Shown here: one piece after another, positions 21,512 to 36,253 of the stretch
Position numbering within the stretch: position 1 is the first letter of the stretch
How the letters are laid out: each line of letters opens with the position of its first letter
Assembly: GCA_000002445.1 (NCBI GenBank)
Contig: CM000208.1
Span: forward strand, 2,496,001 to 2,560,000
Direction of reading: 5' to 3'
Source of the DNA: Trypanosoma brucei
Lineage: Eukaryota
DNA length: 64,000 bases
Notes under the pieces: generated by a model
The model's input: only the letters and a program-made list of their open reading frames with translations
Told to the model about the DNA's origin: nothing
The model's database searches: none
Made by a program: the position numbers and the translations under genes

Positions 21512-23074
21512 TTATTCCCCTGCCATGCTGGTTTCTTCCGGTGAGTCATTTCGATCTCGCTTTGTGGGTTTTCTTACCCCTTTGGTTTGTGTGCCTGCTT
21601 CCCCTGCAAGGAGATTTGGCAGGTGTTTGCCCACTTGCATCTTATCTCGCTTGTTTGGAGTAGCCGCAAACGCTCCATTCTTAGTTTTTTTCTGTTTTAC
21701 CTGTCTAATAACCTTCTTCGCTGCTGCATGCGCCTTCAAAGTTTCCACACGTTCTCCAAACTGATCCTCGATCTGCAATTTCGCTTGTACCTTAGCACTG
21801 GAGACCTCATCAAGGATCTTTAACACATCTTTTTCACCCACACCCTTTACCTTCCAGAGTTCTAAGGTACACTGAAGCTTTTTCTCCAGTCGTTTCACAA
21901 GGCTCACATCATTTTCCGTTATAAGTGCAACGGAGAGACCCTTCCTTCCGGCACGGGCTGTACGACCCACACGGTGTAAATAAGTAGAGGACTGCTTTGG
22001 AAGGTCATAATGTACAACAGCACCAACTGCGGGAATGTCCAAACCTCGACTGGCGATATCGGTGGCAACCAAAACGCGGGCAATGCCCAGCTTAAAGGTG
22101 GCTAAGTTATCAATTCGATGCTTCTGCGATATTATAGAGTTCAGGCTACAAACAGGAAAACCGAGGAGCTGCAAGGTAAGCCTAACAATCTCACACCGCA
22201 TACACGAGTTGGCAAAAATGATGGTTGTCTGATCCGATCCCACACTCCTGAGCGCTGCAACAAGGTAGGCTAACTTTACCATGTTGGGAATGAAGAGATA
22301 TGTTTGCCTTAGTGAGTCGGCCACAGTGTATGAAGTACCAACGGAGTTCCCACTGCCACTCGATTCGTTGTCAGACTTACGTGCTACATCTGGCATATTC
22401 ATCACAGTGTTGGTGGCGTGCACCTCGAGTTGGCCCGCAGCATCGGAGATACCAAGGCGTTCCAACCATCCTCCCTTTTCAACGCGTACAAGGTGTTGCT
22501 CCAGCGTAGCGGTGAAGAGAAGAGTGCGTCGGGTGGGGCGTGGTGGTTGTAGCAGTTCAACAACATCCGAAACATCCCCCTCCATATCATCGGTTGTGAG
22601 CCGGTCAGCCTCATCGAGCACGAGAAAGCGGAGATGTGAAAAGGCCTTGCGAGCTTCCGGAAAGGTTCCAAGAAGAAATTTGAGGCGACCAGGTGTTGCA
22701 ACAACAACATGTGGCCGACCGTGCAACACGCTCACCTGCTGCTCATGGGGTACACCACCAATGGCAAGGGCGGCACGAATATGGAGGGGGGCGCCAAGCG
22801 CTACAAATTGATCCAATATCTGGTACGCAAGCTCACGAGACGGCGTCAGCACAAGAGCGAAAACACCATAAGGGTCCTCCGCCAATATCTGGAGTAACGG
22901 AAGAACAAAAGCCGCTGTCTTACCGCTTCCAGTGGCCGCACCCCCAACAACACACTTCCCAGCGAGTATAGAAGGGATGCAAAGCTTTTGTATCGGGGTG
23001 GGATGGTGTAGCGCCATGTAAGCGCACTGCTTCGATAACCATTGGTGCACGCCCAGTGCTTCGAACTCGCTCAT
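21512..23074 (-). CDS. ATP-dependent DEAD-box RNA helicase (DDX49/Dbp8-like)
   Basis: Q-motif/motif I (PTPIQ..AATGSGKTAAFVLP), Ia (PSRELAYQI), II (LVLDEADRL), III (FTATL), VI (HRVGRTARAGRKG). N-terminal region aligns well with DDX49 (FAELGL..W....C..LG...PTP.Q..CIP.IL.G.D....A.TGSGKTAAFVLP.LQ.L.EDPYG.F.LVLTP.RELA.QI). Start trimmed to MSEFEALG ATG at 23072..23074. Confidence 0.8.
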   Translation of the reverse strand: MSEFEALGVHQWLSKQCAYMALHHPTPIQKLCIPSILAGKCVVGGAATGSGKTAAFVLPLLQILAEDPYGVFALVLTPSRELAYQILDQFVALGAPLHIRAALAIGGVPHEQQVSVLHGRPHVVVATPGRLKFLLGTFPEARKAFSHLRFLVLDEADRLTTDDMEGDVSDVVELLQPPRPTRRTLLFTATLEQHLVRVEKGGWLERLGISDAAGQLEVHATNTVMNMPDVARKSDNESSGSGNSVGTSYTVADSLRQTYLFIPNMVKLAYLVAALRSVGSDQTTIIFANSCMRCEIVRLTLQLLGFPVCSLNSIISQKHRIDNLATFKLGIARVLVATDIASRGLDIPAVGAVVHYDLPKQSSTYLHRVGRTARAGRKGLSVALITENDVSLVKRLEKKLQCTLELWKVKGVGEKDVLKILDEVSSAKVQAKLQIEDQFGERVETLKAHAAAKKVIRQVKQKKTKNGAFAATPNKRDKMQVGKHLPNLLAGEAGTQTKGVRKPTKRDRNDSPEETSMAGE

Positions 23075-24027
23075 GGCCTCTCCCTCTCCCTTTCCCTTTT
23101 TCCTCCACAACTCCTGCTGTTGCTGTTTGTTCCTTTTGGGCGCGTGGCGGAGCTCAACTCACTACCTTTTGGCGATGACCACGGTCGGTGTTGGTGAACA
23201 CAACAAACGGAATTTTTTCCTGAAAAAAAAAGAGGGAAAGAAGAAGTGAAGAGCGGAGGAACAACACACAGAGAGCCGAGATAGATATAAAAAAAAATGA
23301 CACACACGTGAGCACGCCACCAACACCATCATGGATGCCAGTGCCTTCCTGGCGTTTCTCCCCGCACTTCCGTCACACGTGCACGTACGCGTGTCTCATT
23401 GTGATATATTGTTTTTGTGGCAGTTCGCGCACGGCGGGTTCGACTGCCTCACTTTCTTCTCCCGATTACTGTCAAATTTTGTTTCGGTTGCATCCTTTGC
23501 TTCCACACACGCCTTTTCACATCTCCCCTCCTGGCCTTCTTCGGTCCTCTCACGGGGAAAACAGGTTTGTTTGGATGTTTTTCTCGCACCTCACAGATAT
23601 GGGCGGGTGCTTAGAAGTGAAAAATGCTCACGAGATCATTGGGCAGAGGATGAGAAGGGCGAACAAATGTAAAAATAGAAATAAATAAGAAAGAAAAGAT
23701 TTTGTCTTCCGAACAAACCCAGTGCAACCATCAATGCGGGGTGAGGTAGAAATAAAAGAAGGGGAAAAGAAAAATAAAAGGAACACAAATAGGAGGAAGC
23801 GAGAACGGACCTCCTTGGCAAGGCATTAGCTCACTCCCACCGGTAATGGAATCGAAACAGCAAATTACGCAAGGTCGCTTCCATACCACATGCGCCGGAC
23901 GGTTTAAAGAACCATCCGGTAAAACCTCACGTGCGCCTCCTACGCGTCCCTTTCAAGTGTGTGCCAAACCGCCGCGGTCCTTTGTATTGACCCTTATCAC
24001 ACGCACAACGTATCGCCCACTCTATGC

Positions 24028-25551
<1,524 letters not shown>

Positions 25552-25883
25552 TTATCACGGATGTATAGACGAGTGGATGGATGTTAGCGTCAGTAGGTTA
25601 GCGTCAGCGATTACCTTCTAGTGATAAAATGGAGTTGTAGAAATGGAAACGCGGAAAAGTTGACGGTGGTGGTGATGGTGGTTCCCCAGGAGCGTCCCAA
25701 AAACACACACGGAGCCACGGGAAACAACAGATAGTAATGAAGGGGTGGGTACGCCGATGAGCATCTTTAGTCCCTCCCCCGTTGCTGCCAACCATCTCTC
25801 CATCAACACTTGATGTTTGAAAACTCAAACGTTTATTGGATAAATAAACGAACGAACAAAAGAGGAAAGGGGGAGACGACGAC

Positions 25884-26864
25884 TTACTTGAAGACGCCAC
25901 GAGGCATCTTGGGACCATTCAACGGGAACGGGGTAATATCCTCGAAGTATCTCACGTGAAACTCATTGGCACGGTCTTGCACCGCTCGCACAGCACCCTG
26001 TCGACCGTTATAGAAGCCCATCACACGAACTACCAGCTCCACTTTCTCACCGCGACCCATTGGGCGCCCTTCGCTCGCCCGCATCTCACGCAATTTTGGG
26101 AGTAAATCGTTAAGGTACATGCTGGTCACTTGGTGACCGTTGTCGGTGGAGCCCTCGCTTCGGAAACCGCGATCGCCACCCTTCAGTCCTCTGTTACCAG
26201 CCGTATACGTATTCAGGATACGTTTTCCCTCGTAGGTGTAGGCAACCGCATATGTGTTACGTCGCCGCGAAACAAGGTAGAGGAAAACCATGTCACTGGT
26301 ATACCTCGGCATTTCCCCCCACATGTCAAGTTGGCTGTAATCTACTGGTCCCTGCGTCATTTCACTGTTTTTTACGAGAGAATAACCAAAACGAGTCTTG
26401 AAATAGTCTCCCCCAAGGACGCGGGGAGGAGGCACGGCTCCATCATTGCTGATTGCATGTTCACTTGTCTCTTCAGGGCAACTGCGAGCCTTCATGCGAT
26501 GCTCCTCCTCCTTTTCATACCACATACGCTCATTGAAGACGCGCTGGTGCTGCATCACATCATTCTCTGCGAGCTGCCGCATCTCCTCCCTGATCGACTC
26601 CTCGCTGCTTCGTGCTGACATATTCCGCCAATCCATCTGTGGAAGCTGCGGGGAAATAAAGGAATGAGCCTGGCCGGAAGCGTTATCAACATCTTGCTGC
26701 GTCAGTCGGTCATTAGTAGACCGAATCAGAAAATGGTTGAAATACTGTTGGCCGCCTTGTTGTGGTTTCAAAAGCATAGGAACACGACGGTACTTGTCAG
26801 GGAACATGCCAGCCCGTGGTCGGGGTTTTCCCCGACGTAAGAAGGTGACTGATTTCTGCATCAT
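25884..26864 (-). CDS. Mitochondrial ribosomal protein uS11-like (putative)
   Basis: 326-aa ORF with Arg-rich N-terminus (MMQKSVTFLRRGKPRPRAG). C-terminal region (GEKVELVVRVMGFYNGRQGAVRAVQD..FHVRYFEDITPFPLNGPKMPRGVFK) resembles the uS11 C-terminus (..V.V.G.G.GR..A.RAL...G..I..I.DVTPIPHNGCRPPK.RR). Confidence 0.5.
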   Translation of the reverse strand: MMQKSVTFLRRGKPRPRAGMFPDKYRRVPMLLKPQQGGQQYFNHFLIRSTNDRLTQQDVDNASGQAHSFISPQLPQMDWRNMSARSSEESIREEMRQLAENDVMQHQRVFNERMWYEKEEEHRMKARSCPEETSEHAISNDGAVPPPRVLGGDYFKTRFGYSLVKNSEMTQGPVDYSQLDMWGEMPRYTSDMVFLYLVSRRRNTYAVAYTYEGKRILNTYTAGNRGLKGGDRGFRSEGSTDNGHQVTSMYLNDLLPKLREMRASEGRPMGRGEKVELVVRVMGFYNGRQGAVRAVQDRANEFHVRYFEDITPFPLNGPKMPRGVFK

Positions 26865-27196
26865 TTCTGTATTGCAGTAAACGGATGCTAACCTCTACCA
26901 CAACAGTGCACAAGAAAATTGTTTACATATTTATTCAACAACCGAGATGAGGGAAGGGAAAAGAGTGTGGTTGAGTTAGACAAGGTTGAAAAATACAGAA
27001 CACAAGTGCAAACAGCGAATTCGAACACAACCAATTTGTCAGTCAAAGAGGAATTGGAGAAAAGCACATTTATACAGGCTTCCGCAAACTTCACATATAC
27101 AGAAATTAACGACAGCCCCCCCTTCGCCCCTTGGCTCCCTTGAAACTACCATATTCTCAACGAACGAGGTTCCCCTCACTAACTGGAGGAAATAAA

Positions 27197-29332
27197 CTAA
27201 ACACCGCGCAGTTGGTATTTGCCACCCATCTGCAGAATAACGCCAGCCTCATTCAGCTGGTAAACCATAGCATTCGCATCTCGACAGCCCGCTTCTTCAC
27301 ATGCGGCGAGCACTGTGCGGTGCGACAGGGCATTCACGCCCGTACGACATACCTCACCCTTGAGGGCATCAAGTATCTTCTCACGCTGAGTCATTTTTTT
27401 AGCAGCAGCACCTGTGCACGTAGGCTGCCTACGACCAAAATTATGAGAACCAAAACATCGCTTCATTAGTTCCACCGCATATCTGGCATCTTCAGCAGTA
27501 ACTTCGTGACGCAATTCGACCTTTGCGCGAGCCTCCGAGACTCGAATGAGTGCTTGAAGGAAGCGCGGAGTGACGGCCAACTCACCCATTGCAGCTTCAG
27601 CACGGCGCTGTAGGTAGTATGCTTTAAGAACATCACACGCCTCCTGTCGAAGCGAGGGATGGCAGTTATGTCGACAAAAAGCTATAAAGCGCTGAACCGT
27701 CTCAAGCGGAAGCGGGGGGCCACTAGTTTTTGCCACCGTACGGGATCCACCACCTTTTACGCACCGGTGCAACTGCAACACGTGATCCGAAAGAGAGCGG
27801 GAAGCGTCAGCCGACGGGCTCCGCATGCAAATCACAATGTCAAAGCGCGTAAATAGCGCAGGAGACAGGTTAAGGTTTGCTGGTATGGACTTTGTATCAT
27901 CGAAGCGCCCCCCTATGGGGTTTCCCGCGGTGAGAATCGCCGTATGCACAGGCACCGAAAATACCATACCAGCCTTAGCCATCGAAACAGACTCCTGTTC
28001 CATGACCTCAAGAAGGGCATTATGCTCAGGAACCCCTTTGTCAATCTCGTCAATGCATGTTATGCCGCCGTCGCCGTGCACAACAGCACCCGCCTCAAAC
28101 GAGGTTTCACCGGTTGTGGGGTCCCTCGACAGCGTTAAGGTCAAACCACACGACGAAGAAGTATGAGCACAGACGAAGGAACTGCGTGGGGCGACAGTGC
28201 AGGCCGCACGCAGCAATTGCGACTTGCCGAGACCGGGATCCCCCACAATTAGCAAATGTATGTTGCTGCGGGTGCGCTTCTTCATCGCAGTGCCTCCCAC
28301 CACAGCCAGTATAATCGCCTCTTTCACATGTTCAAGCCCAAAAATAGATGGTGCAAGTGAGCCGCACAGCATGGAGAACCATTGCGGGTTGCGGACCATT
28401 TCGTAAAAACGCCCACTCTCCTCCAACGAGTCTATCGTCTGCATGGGCCCTCGAACGGCGCTGTGCCGGCTGTTCTCGACAAAGCAGGCCCGAACAGCAA
28501 TTTGCTGCGTAGCATTCGTCCGTCCTTCCCCACGTCTTGCACACAGAACGCCGCAAACAACAACGTGCTCACCGACTGTTGCTATATTTATCCAGATACC
28601 ACGTAAATCAACAACAATCATATTGTGTATGCCACTACCCACAGTGGATCCATCGTAAGACTCAGTCTGTTCCTGTACCTTTAGCAACTGCACCTCCTCG
28701 CACTCACCCCTCTCCAGCAATGGAGCCCAATTGTAACCGCGACATCGACCACTGCAACGGCCAGGATAAACCAAGACCCCATCCTCCGTTGGCGCCTTGA
28801 CAACTGCTGCACACAAGTTACACCTGTATGTCATCTCAACGCAGGTTACTCGTGGGGGGCTCATTCGCACAACAGTGCCGCGCACAGTTACCAGCTTCCC
28901 AAGCAACGAGGCTCCCAAAGTATCAAAAGGCGTCGCGCAGCCGTCATCGCCAATTACAATGCACAGCAACCGCCATGAACCCAACTCGCCTATTTGACGG
29001 TTCTTCTGATGTTGCTGGAAATAAAGCACAGCTTTAAAGAACTCCAGTAATGGGATGACAAGCCGGGGTTGCCCTACAACGGCATTTCGCATTGGCGTCT
29101 CCATCATGTCAATGCGCAGATCAACGGTGAAGGTAAAGATTGCGAGCTTCAAACAGGGCATGTGTTCTTTGGAGGCGGAGGACGAACGTATTTGTAACGG
29201 GGCAAGAAACCCCGCAAAAAGACGCCACATTTCACCAACAGCGTCCTCATCGTACGATAAGGGCGCCAGGTGTGAGCAATGAACGGCCCAAAGCACCTTT
29301 ACCGCTTCCTGTGGAACGCCATTCATCGACAT
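27197..29332 (-). CDS. MCM8: MCM-family DNA helicase, MCM8-like
   Basis: Walker A [45 protein letters not shown]. Walker B [44 protein letters not shown] and arginine finger ALFTRFDIV. Closest to MCM8 ([42 protein letters not shown]...), less so to MCM9 or MCM2-7. N-terminal C4 zinc motif CNLC..CSGRC. Confidence 0.8.
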   Translation of the reverse strand: [711 protein letters not shown]

Positions 29333-29633
29333 CCCTTCTACATCAGAAAATGATTTGGTTGGTATTTGATATATGTGTTGTACATATCTGCATGCAGGTG
29401 CGTGTTTTTTTTAATATGCCCACGCAAACAACAGAGAGGTAACTAGCGGTACAACACTACGCCGCAAACTCTGCGTAGGCACGTAACAATTATGAAGAAA
29501 CTTTTAGCTTTTTGGCAGTACCACGCAGTAGTGGTATTGGAAACAAAACCCTCCCAAAACGCCTCTTCTCACGCAACCCAGACCCGCCACAAAACACACT
29601 GCAGGCCACCACACAAAGCGCGACGTTAAAAGC

Positions 29634-30035
29634 TCAGAGAAGATCCTTCTCCTTTAGAAGCTTAGTCAGTTGGCCACTGAGAAGCATACCCTTACAAACA
29701 TCATAGCCACCAACGAGGTCACCGTCAATGTACAACTGAGGGTACGTTGGCCAGTCGCTATATATCTTCAGTCCCTCGCACACCTCATCGTCCTCCAGAA
29801 TGTTGTAAAAGCTATACTTCACGCCTAGTTGATGCATCATATCCACCATTTTCACCGTAAACCCGCAGCGAGGCTCCTGGGGCGTGCCCGTAAGGAAAAT
29901 GACAATCCGATCCTCAGCGATAATCCTGCGTATTGCCGCCGCAAGTTCAGGTTTAACCTGATCTGGAGCACGGTTCGGTAGCGTGCAACGCAGGAAAGCG
30001 GGACTGGATGCAAAAATGCGGCGCAGCATGGGCAC
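29634..30035 (-). CDS. Monothiol glutaredoxin (1-Cys Grx, CGFT active site), likely mitochondrial
   Basis: 133-aa ORF. Mitochondrial-type presequence (MPMLRRIFASSPAFLRC). Grx fold: IVIFLTGTPQEPRCGFTVKMVDMMHQLGVKYSFYNILEDDEV...WPTYPQLYIDGDLVGGYDV, i.e. a CGFS-class monothiol Grx with Thr at position 4. Confidence 0.8.
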   Translation of the reverse strand: MPMLRRIFASSPAFLRCTLPNRAPDQVKPELAAAIRRIIAEDRIVIFLTGTPQEPRCGFTVKMVDMMHQLGVKYSFYNILEDDEVCEGLKIYSDWPTYPQLYIDGDLVGGYDVCKGMLLSGQLTKLLKEKDLL

Positions 30036-30250
30036 CTAATTCTCTGCCTTCAGGACAAATCAGTAACGAGAGAGGATCCACATGAAGGTGAAATAGAGCA
30101 GTTAAAACAGGTACTTATTCGCCCTCCGCATCAAAGAAACCGGGGCTCGTGGGGGGAGGGGGGGAAGTTATCCCATTGCAAAAGCGTTAAGCACCCAGCG
30201 GATAACCTCAACCAAATTCGGTGCCGCCAGGGGGACCGGTCGAACACTGC

Positions 30251-31288
30251 TTAACCGCTCTTCCCCAGGGCATTGCCAACAACATGAAGTGTGTTACTTT
30301 CAAACAAAAGACCAGCCGGGCTGAACTGAGGAAATAGAAAACGAGGAGGCGACGGAAATGACCTGCAGGTAACGGTACCGTTAACGCACCGCAAAAATAT
30401 AAACTTCCTCCCCAGAAGCATGGCCCACACATCTCTACCATTACTCGTCATCATCACCGTATGAACACCTAGGTTCTCACTAAAATCCCTTGCGTCAGCA
30501 CAACCACTGATGCGCTGAATCCACAATGGCCCACCGGTGTAACGCGCGTCGTGCAGGAAAACGGTACCGCAACCCGTCGCCACAGCATACAACGGGGACC
30601 CGCTTCCACCTCCCTGCACTGCCTCGAGAGGTCCAACTCCCTCCGGGATCTTCATTTGAAGTTGGGCCTCGCCGTGTGAATCAAAGGTGAATAAAGTGTC
30701 ACGCGAGGACGCGACAAACCCCCCGGCACAGAAATGAGGATATTGCTGTCGATGCAAATCCAGCTTGTCGACGTTGGGGCGCAGACTCATCTTCCACGCC
30801 GTCGCATATTCGAAGGAAGTTCCCCACATCACACCCGTCTCCCCCTTACGAACGCAAACAGCATCCGCCCCACCACCACCGTTGCCACACAAAGGCACAA
30901 CCTTGCTCACATAAACCCCCCTCTCCCACGGTTCACCAACAAATATGGTACTGCAGTCCCCACTACTACCTTTGGTATTGTCGGTAGCATACAGTGGAAC
31001 ACTGTGCAGCGTCACAGTTGAAGCTGCATCAGCGAGCGCAAGCACCGCACGGTTCCCAGAGTGGGGTACGTAACCCGCACCATCTGTTAGCAGTCGGTGA
31101 TGCTGCGGAAAAAATCTATGGACAGTGACGGCCCCACCAGAAACCGACGCCGAACATGCCTTGTCGTGTCCAACCAGCAACAGTGAGGGTTGTGAAGAGT
31201 CACGACAAAAAGATATTGCATCAACGCATACGAGCGGGAATGAGCATACAGTGGCACACGCAGGGATGGCTGTAATGTCGAGCATCAC
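30251..31288 (-). CDS. Hypothetical protein (possible beta-propeller-like)
   Basis: 345-aa minus-strand ORF consistent with the polycistron. No catalytic motif recognised. Confidence 0.45.
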   Translation of the reverse strand: MMLDITAIPACATVCSFPLVCVDAISFCRDSSQPSLLLVGHDKACSASVSGGAVTVHRFFPQHHRLLTDGAGYVPHSGNRAVLALADAASTVTLHSVPLYATDNTKGSSGDCSTIFVGEPWERGVYVSKVVPLCGNGGGGADAVCVRKGETGVMWGTSFEYATAWKMSLRPNVDKLDLHRQQYPHFCAGGFVASSRDTLFTFDSHGEAQLQMKIPEGVGPLEAVQGGGSGSPLYAVATGCGTVFLHDARYTGGPLWIQRISGCADARDFSENLGVHTVMMTSNGRDVWAMLLGRKFIFLRCVNGTVTCRSFPSPPRFLFPQFSPAGLLFESNTLHVVGNALGKSG

Positions 31289-31810
31289 CCGTCGCCATGA
31301 AGGACCACCACCTTCACGTACGGCAAATGTGCAACTAGATTCGAGAATTAGAAAAAAAAAAAAAAAGTGGCAAGCAGACTAATTTGTAGGGCACCAACGA
31401 ATGACGAGTAAAATAAACAGAAGGGAATACAACAACCGACCTCGGGGAGCGGTAACGTATTTTAAGAGGATGCACACAGGAAACCCAGACACACTTGCCA
31501 CACCGATCACCGCCAAAGTACATACGCGCATAAAGGTATGAACTGTCGTCTGTGAAAAGGCCAAATAAGAGGCCGTTCACAGAAGACTAGAGTTGTTGCA
31601 AACACCGTCAGCCACTCCAATTCAGTGCACCAGAGGAGCAAAAGCAAAAAAAACGACAACAGGCCGACATATCACTTATCGCCTGTGCGTTAAGAACAGA
31701 AATCACCATGTAACATCGCCATGGCTGAACCAAGGGGGAATTGAGAAATCAAATATGCTGAGTGACAAACAACGCCGACTGCTTCAGAGAGGAGCACAGT
31801 CCGTTATGCA

Positions 31811-32953
31811 TCACTTATTATCTCCTGGGGGCCTACCGTCTGAGTCGACGTGGTTACTGATGCGGACCCCATTGCCACCTGTGGCTGAGAGACCAACAGA
31901 AACCTTGAAACTGTCGTATAGGAGCCACTGCAAAGCTGTCAACGCTCCCGTCATCATCATACGGAGCTCAACGCCTTTCCACAGCCCACTCCACCCAAGT
32001 TCCCGAACAATCTGGACCACCTTCCTCTTGTCCGCCGCGGGCGAACCCTCTACACGCTGATTGAGCTTCGACACCACCGTGTCTGCAGGATGAGACACTG
32101 CTGCACAAAGGAAACCGGCAAGTACACCAGATATGACCGACACCAACAGCTGAACGTACTTCGGTGCGGGGTCACTAGGGGACGTTAACAAATAGCGATA
32201 CGCCAGGCGTACAATAACCTCGAAGCTGAGAAATTTGACAACGGTGTAGGGAACCTGTCGGCACCAGAGTGCCGGAAGACCCTTATAAAACCCATAGATA
32301 CCCTCACTTGAGTACACAAGCGGAAAGAAATACGACAACTCCGTATGGGCAACATTTGATGTTTGGATAATGATTTTGACAGCCTCCCAGGGTGCCAAAG
32401 CAACGTCGGCGAAGATCTCAGCTACACCGCTAGAGACGACAAAAATACCCAATTTGCTAACATAGCTGAGCACCATCGGAGATGCGGCAGATCCTTCAAG
32501 CCTTGAGCAAAACCAAAACTTCAGTAACTCATACAACAAAAATTTTAGACCACCCTGTGAGGAATAACCAAAAAAAGTAGGAACCCACCCTCTCGTAAAC
32601 ACTGAAATCGACCGAAACCAACACCCACCACAATTCCTCCACAAAGAGCGAAAACCGTCTGTCATAGAATTGTACAGTCCAACCTGCACACCACATTTTA
32701 CCAAATCAACAGGAGTCATGGACGTATGGGCCAAACCACTAATGACACCACCAAGAAAGCAACAAAAAAAATAAAATGCGGAAAACTCGACAACAACACG
32801 CCTACTCCACACGAATAAAAAAGATAAAGTAAAAAAAACAAAATAAACAAAAAACAAACGATAAGCAACATAATCACCTTCAAATGAAAATAACCGCGAC
32901 ACAACCACAAAATAGAGCCTACATTTCCCTAAAAAATCAAATCGACCTAACAT
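31811..32953 (-). CDS. Mitochondrial carrier family protein, phosphate carrier (PiC/MIR1-like); N-terminal boundary uncertain
   Basis: Strong similarity to mitochondrial phosphate carriers: GLAHTSMTPVDLVKCGVQV (cf. CGLTHTAVVPLDLVKCRMQV), GWVPTFFGYSSQG, FADVALAPWEAVKIIIQT, FYKGLPALWCRQVPYTVVKF, SHPADTVVSKLNQ, GLWKGVELRMMMTGALTALQWLLYDSFKV. The first roughly 60 codons of the six-frame ORF run through the A-rich intergenic tract adjoining the H2B array and are probably not all coding. Confidence 0.75.
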   Translation of the reverse strand: MLGRFDFLGKCRLYFVVVSRLFSFEGDYVAYRLFFVYFVFFTLSFLFVWSRRVVVEFSAFYFFCCFLGGVISGLAHTSMTPVDLVKCGVQVGLYNSMTDGFRSLWRNCGGCWFRSISVFTRGWVPTFFGYSSQGGLKFLLYELLKFWFCSRLEGSAASPMVLSYVSKLGIFVVSSGVAEIFADVALAPWEAVKIIIQTSNVAHTELSYFFPLVYSSEGIYGFYKGLPALWCRQVPYTVVKFLSFEVIVRLAYRYLLTSPSDPAPKYVQLLVSVISGVLAGFLCAAVSHPADTVVSKLNQRVEGSPAADKRKVVQIVRELGWSGLWKGVELRMMMTGALTALQWLLYDSFKVSVGLSATGGNGVRISNHVDSDGRPPGDNK

Positions 32954-33057
32954 TTACCTAAAAGAAAGGAAACAGAGGGAAAAAAATAAAACAAAAAAAA
33001 CAAAACAAAATACAAAAAAATACAAAAAATAAACAAAAACGGAGAGATTTAGGATGT

Positions 33058-33534
<477 letters not shown>

Positions 33535-33770
33535 TCAACGCACAGGTAACACGAGGGCAGCGCACGCAAGTCAAAGGGGAGAGGAAGATTATGTGACCGC
33601 ACAGCAACAGCAGCAAGCGCGGGTAACAGCTGACAGCGACTTCTTTGCCATGACACGCTGCCTTGCATAGCAGTACATAGCGCCTGCGGCCACACCGATA
33701 CATACACACTGTGAAATACGCTAGCGGTGCCAAAAGCGAATGCGAATGCCTTCATGTCAGCGCGTGGACC

Positions 33771-33791
33771 ACACGCACACACACACACACG
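33771..33791. repeat. (AC)n microsatellite (acacgcacacacacacacacacg) in the H2B intergenic spacer; present in every unit
   Basis: Seen directly. Same element about 270 nt upstream of each H2B ATG (3'UTR/intergenic part of the unit). Translates to the RRARRRRRR stretch of the spurious 182-aa ORFs. Confidence 0.9.
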
Positions 33792-33965
33792 AAAAGAACG
33801 AAGGCAGCGGCACATTCTGGCAAACAGTGAAATCTATCACCACCACAAGGAGAGGGTATGGTGGGGGGAAAATAAAAAAGAAAAGGAATATCAATGCCTC
33901 ACCTGAGGGGCACTGAGGGATCTAATGTCAAGGTGGCAAACCAAAGGTCTCCTGATGTAGGGTGT

Positions 33966-34442
<477 letters not shown>

Positions 34443-34873
34443 TCAACGCACAGGTAACACGAGGGCAGCGCACGCAAGTCAAAGGGGAGAGGAAGATTAT
34501 GTGACCGCACAGCAACAGCAGCAAGCGCGGGTAACAGCTGACAGCGACTTCTTTGCCATGACACGCTGCCTTGCATAGCAGTACATAGCGCCTGCGGCCA
34601 CACCGATACATACACACTGTGAAATGCGCTAGCGGTGCCAAAAGCGAATGCGAATGCCTTCATGTCAGCGCGTGGACCACACGCACACACACACACACGA
34701 AAAGAACGAAGGCAGCGGCACATTCTGGCAAACAGTGAAATCTATCACCACCACAAGGAGAGGGTATGGTGGGGGGAAAATAAAAAAGAAAAGGAATATC
34801 AATGCCTCACCTGAGGGGCACTGAGGGATCTAATGTCAAGGTGGCAAACCAAAGGTCTCCTGATGTAGGATGT

Positions 34874-35350
<477 letters not shown>

Positions 35351-35776
35351 TCAACGCACAGGTAACACGAGGGCAGCGCACGCAAGTCAAAGGGGAGAGG
35401 AAGATTATGTGACCGCACAGCAACAGCAGCAGGCGCGGGTAACAGCTGACAGCGACTTCTTTGCCATGACACGCTGCCTTGCATAGCAGTACATAGCGCC
35501 TGCGGCCACACCGATACATACACACTGTGAAATGCGCTAGCGGTGCCAAAAGCGAATGCGAATGCCTTCGTGTCAGCGCGTGGACCACACGCACACACAC
35601 ACACACGAAAAGAACGAAGGCAGCGGCACATTCCGGCAAACAGTGAAATCTATCACCACCACAAGGAGAGGGTATGGTGGGGGGAAAATAAAAAAGGAAT
35701 ATCAATGCCTCACCTGAGGGGCACTGAGGGATCTAATGTCAAGGTGGCAAACCAAAGGTCTCCTGATGTAGGATGT

Positions 35777-36253
<477 letters not shown>

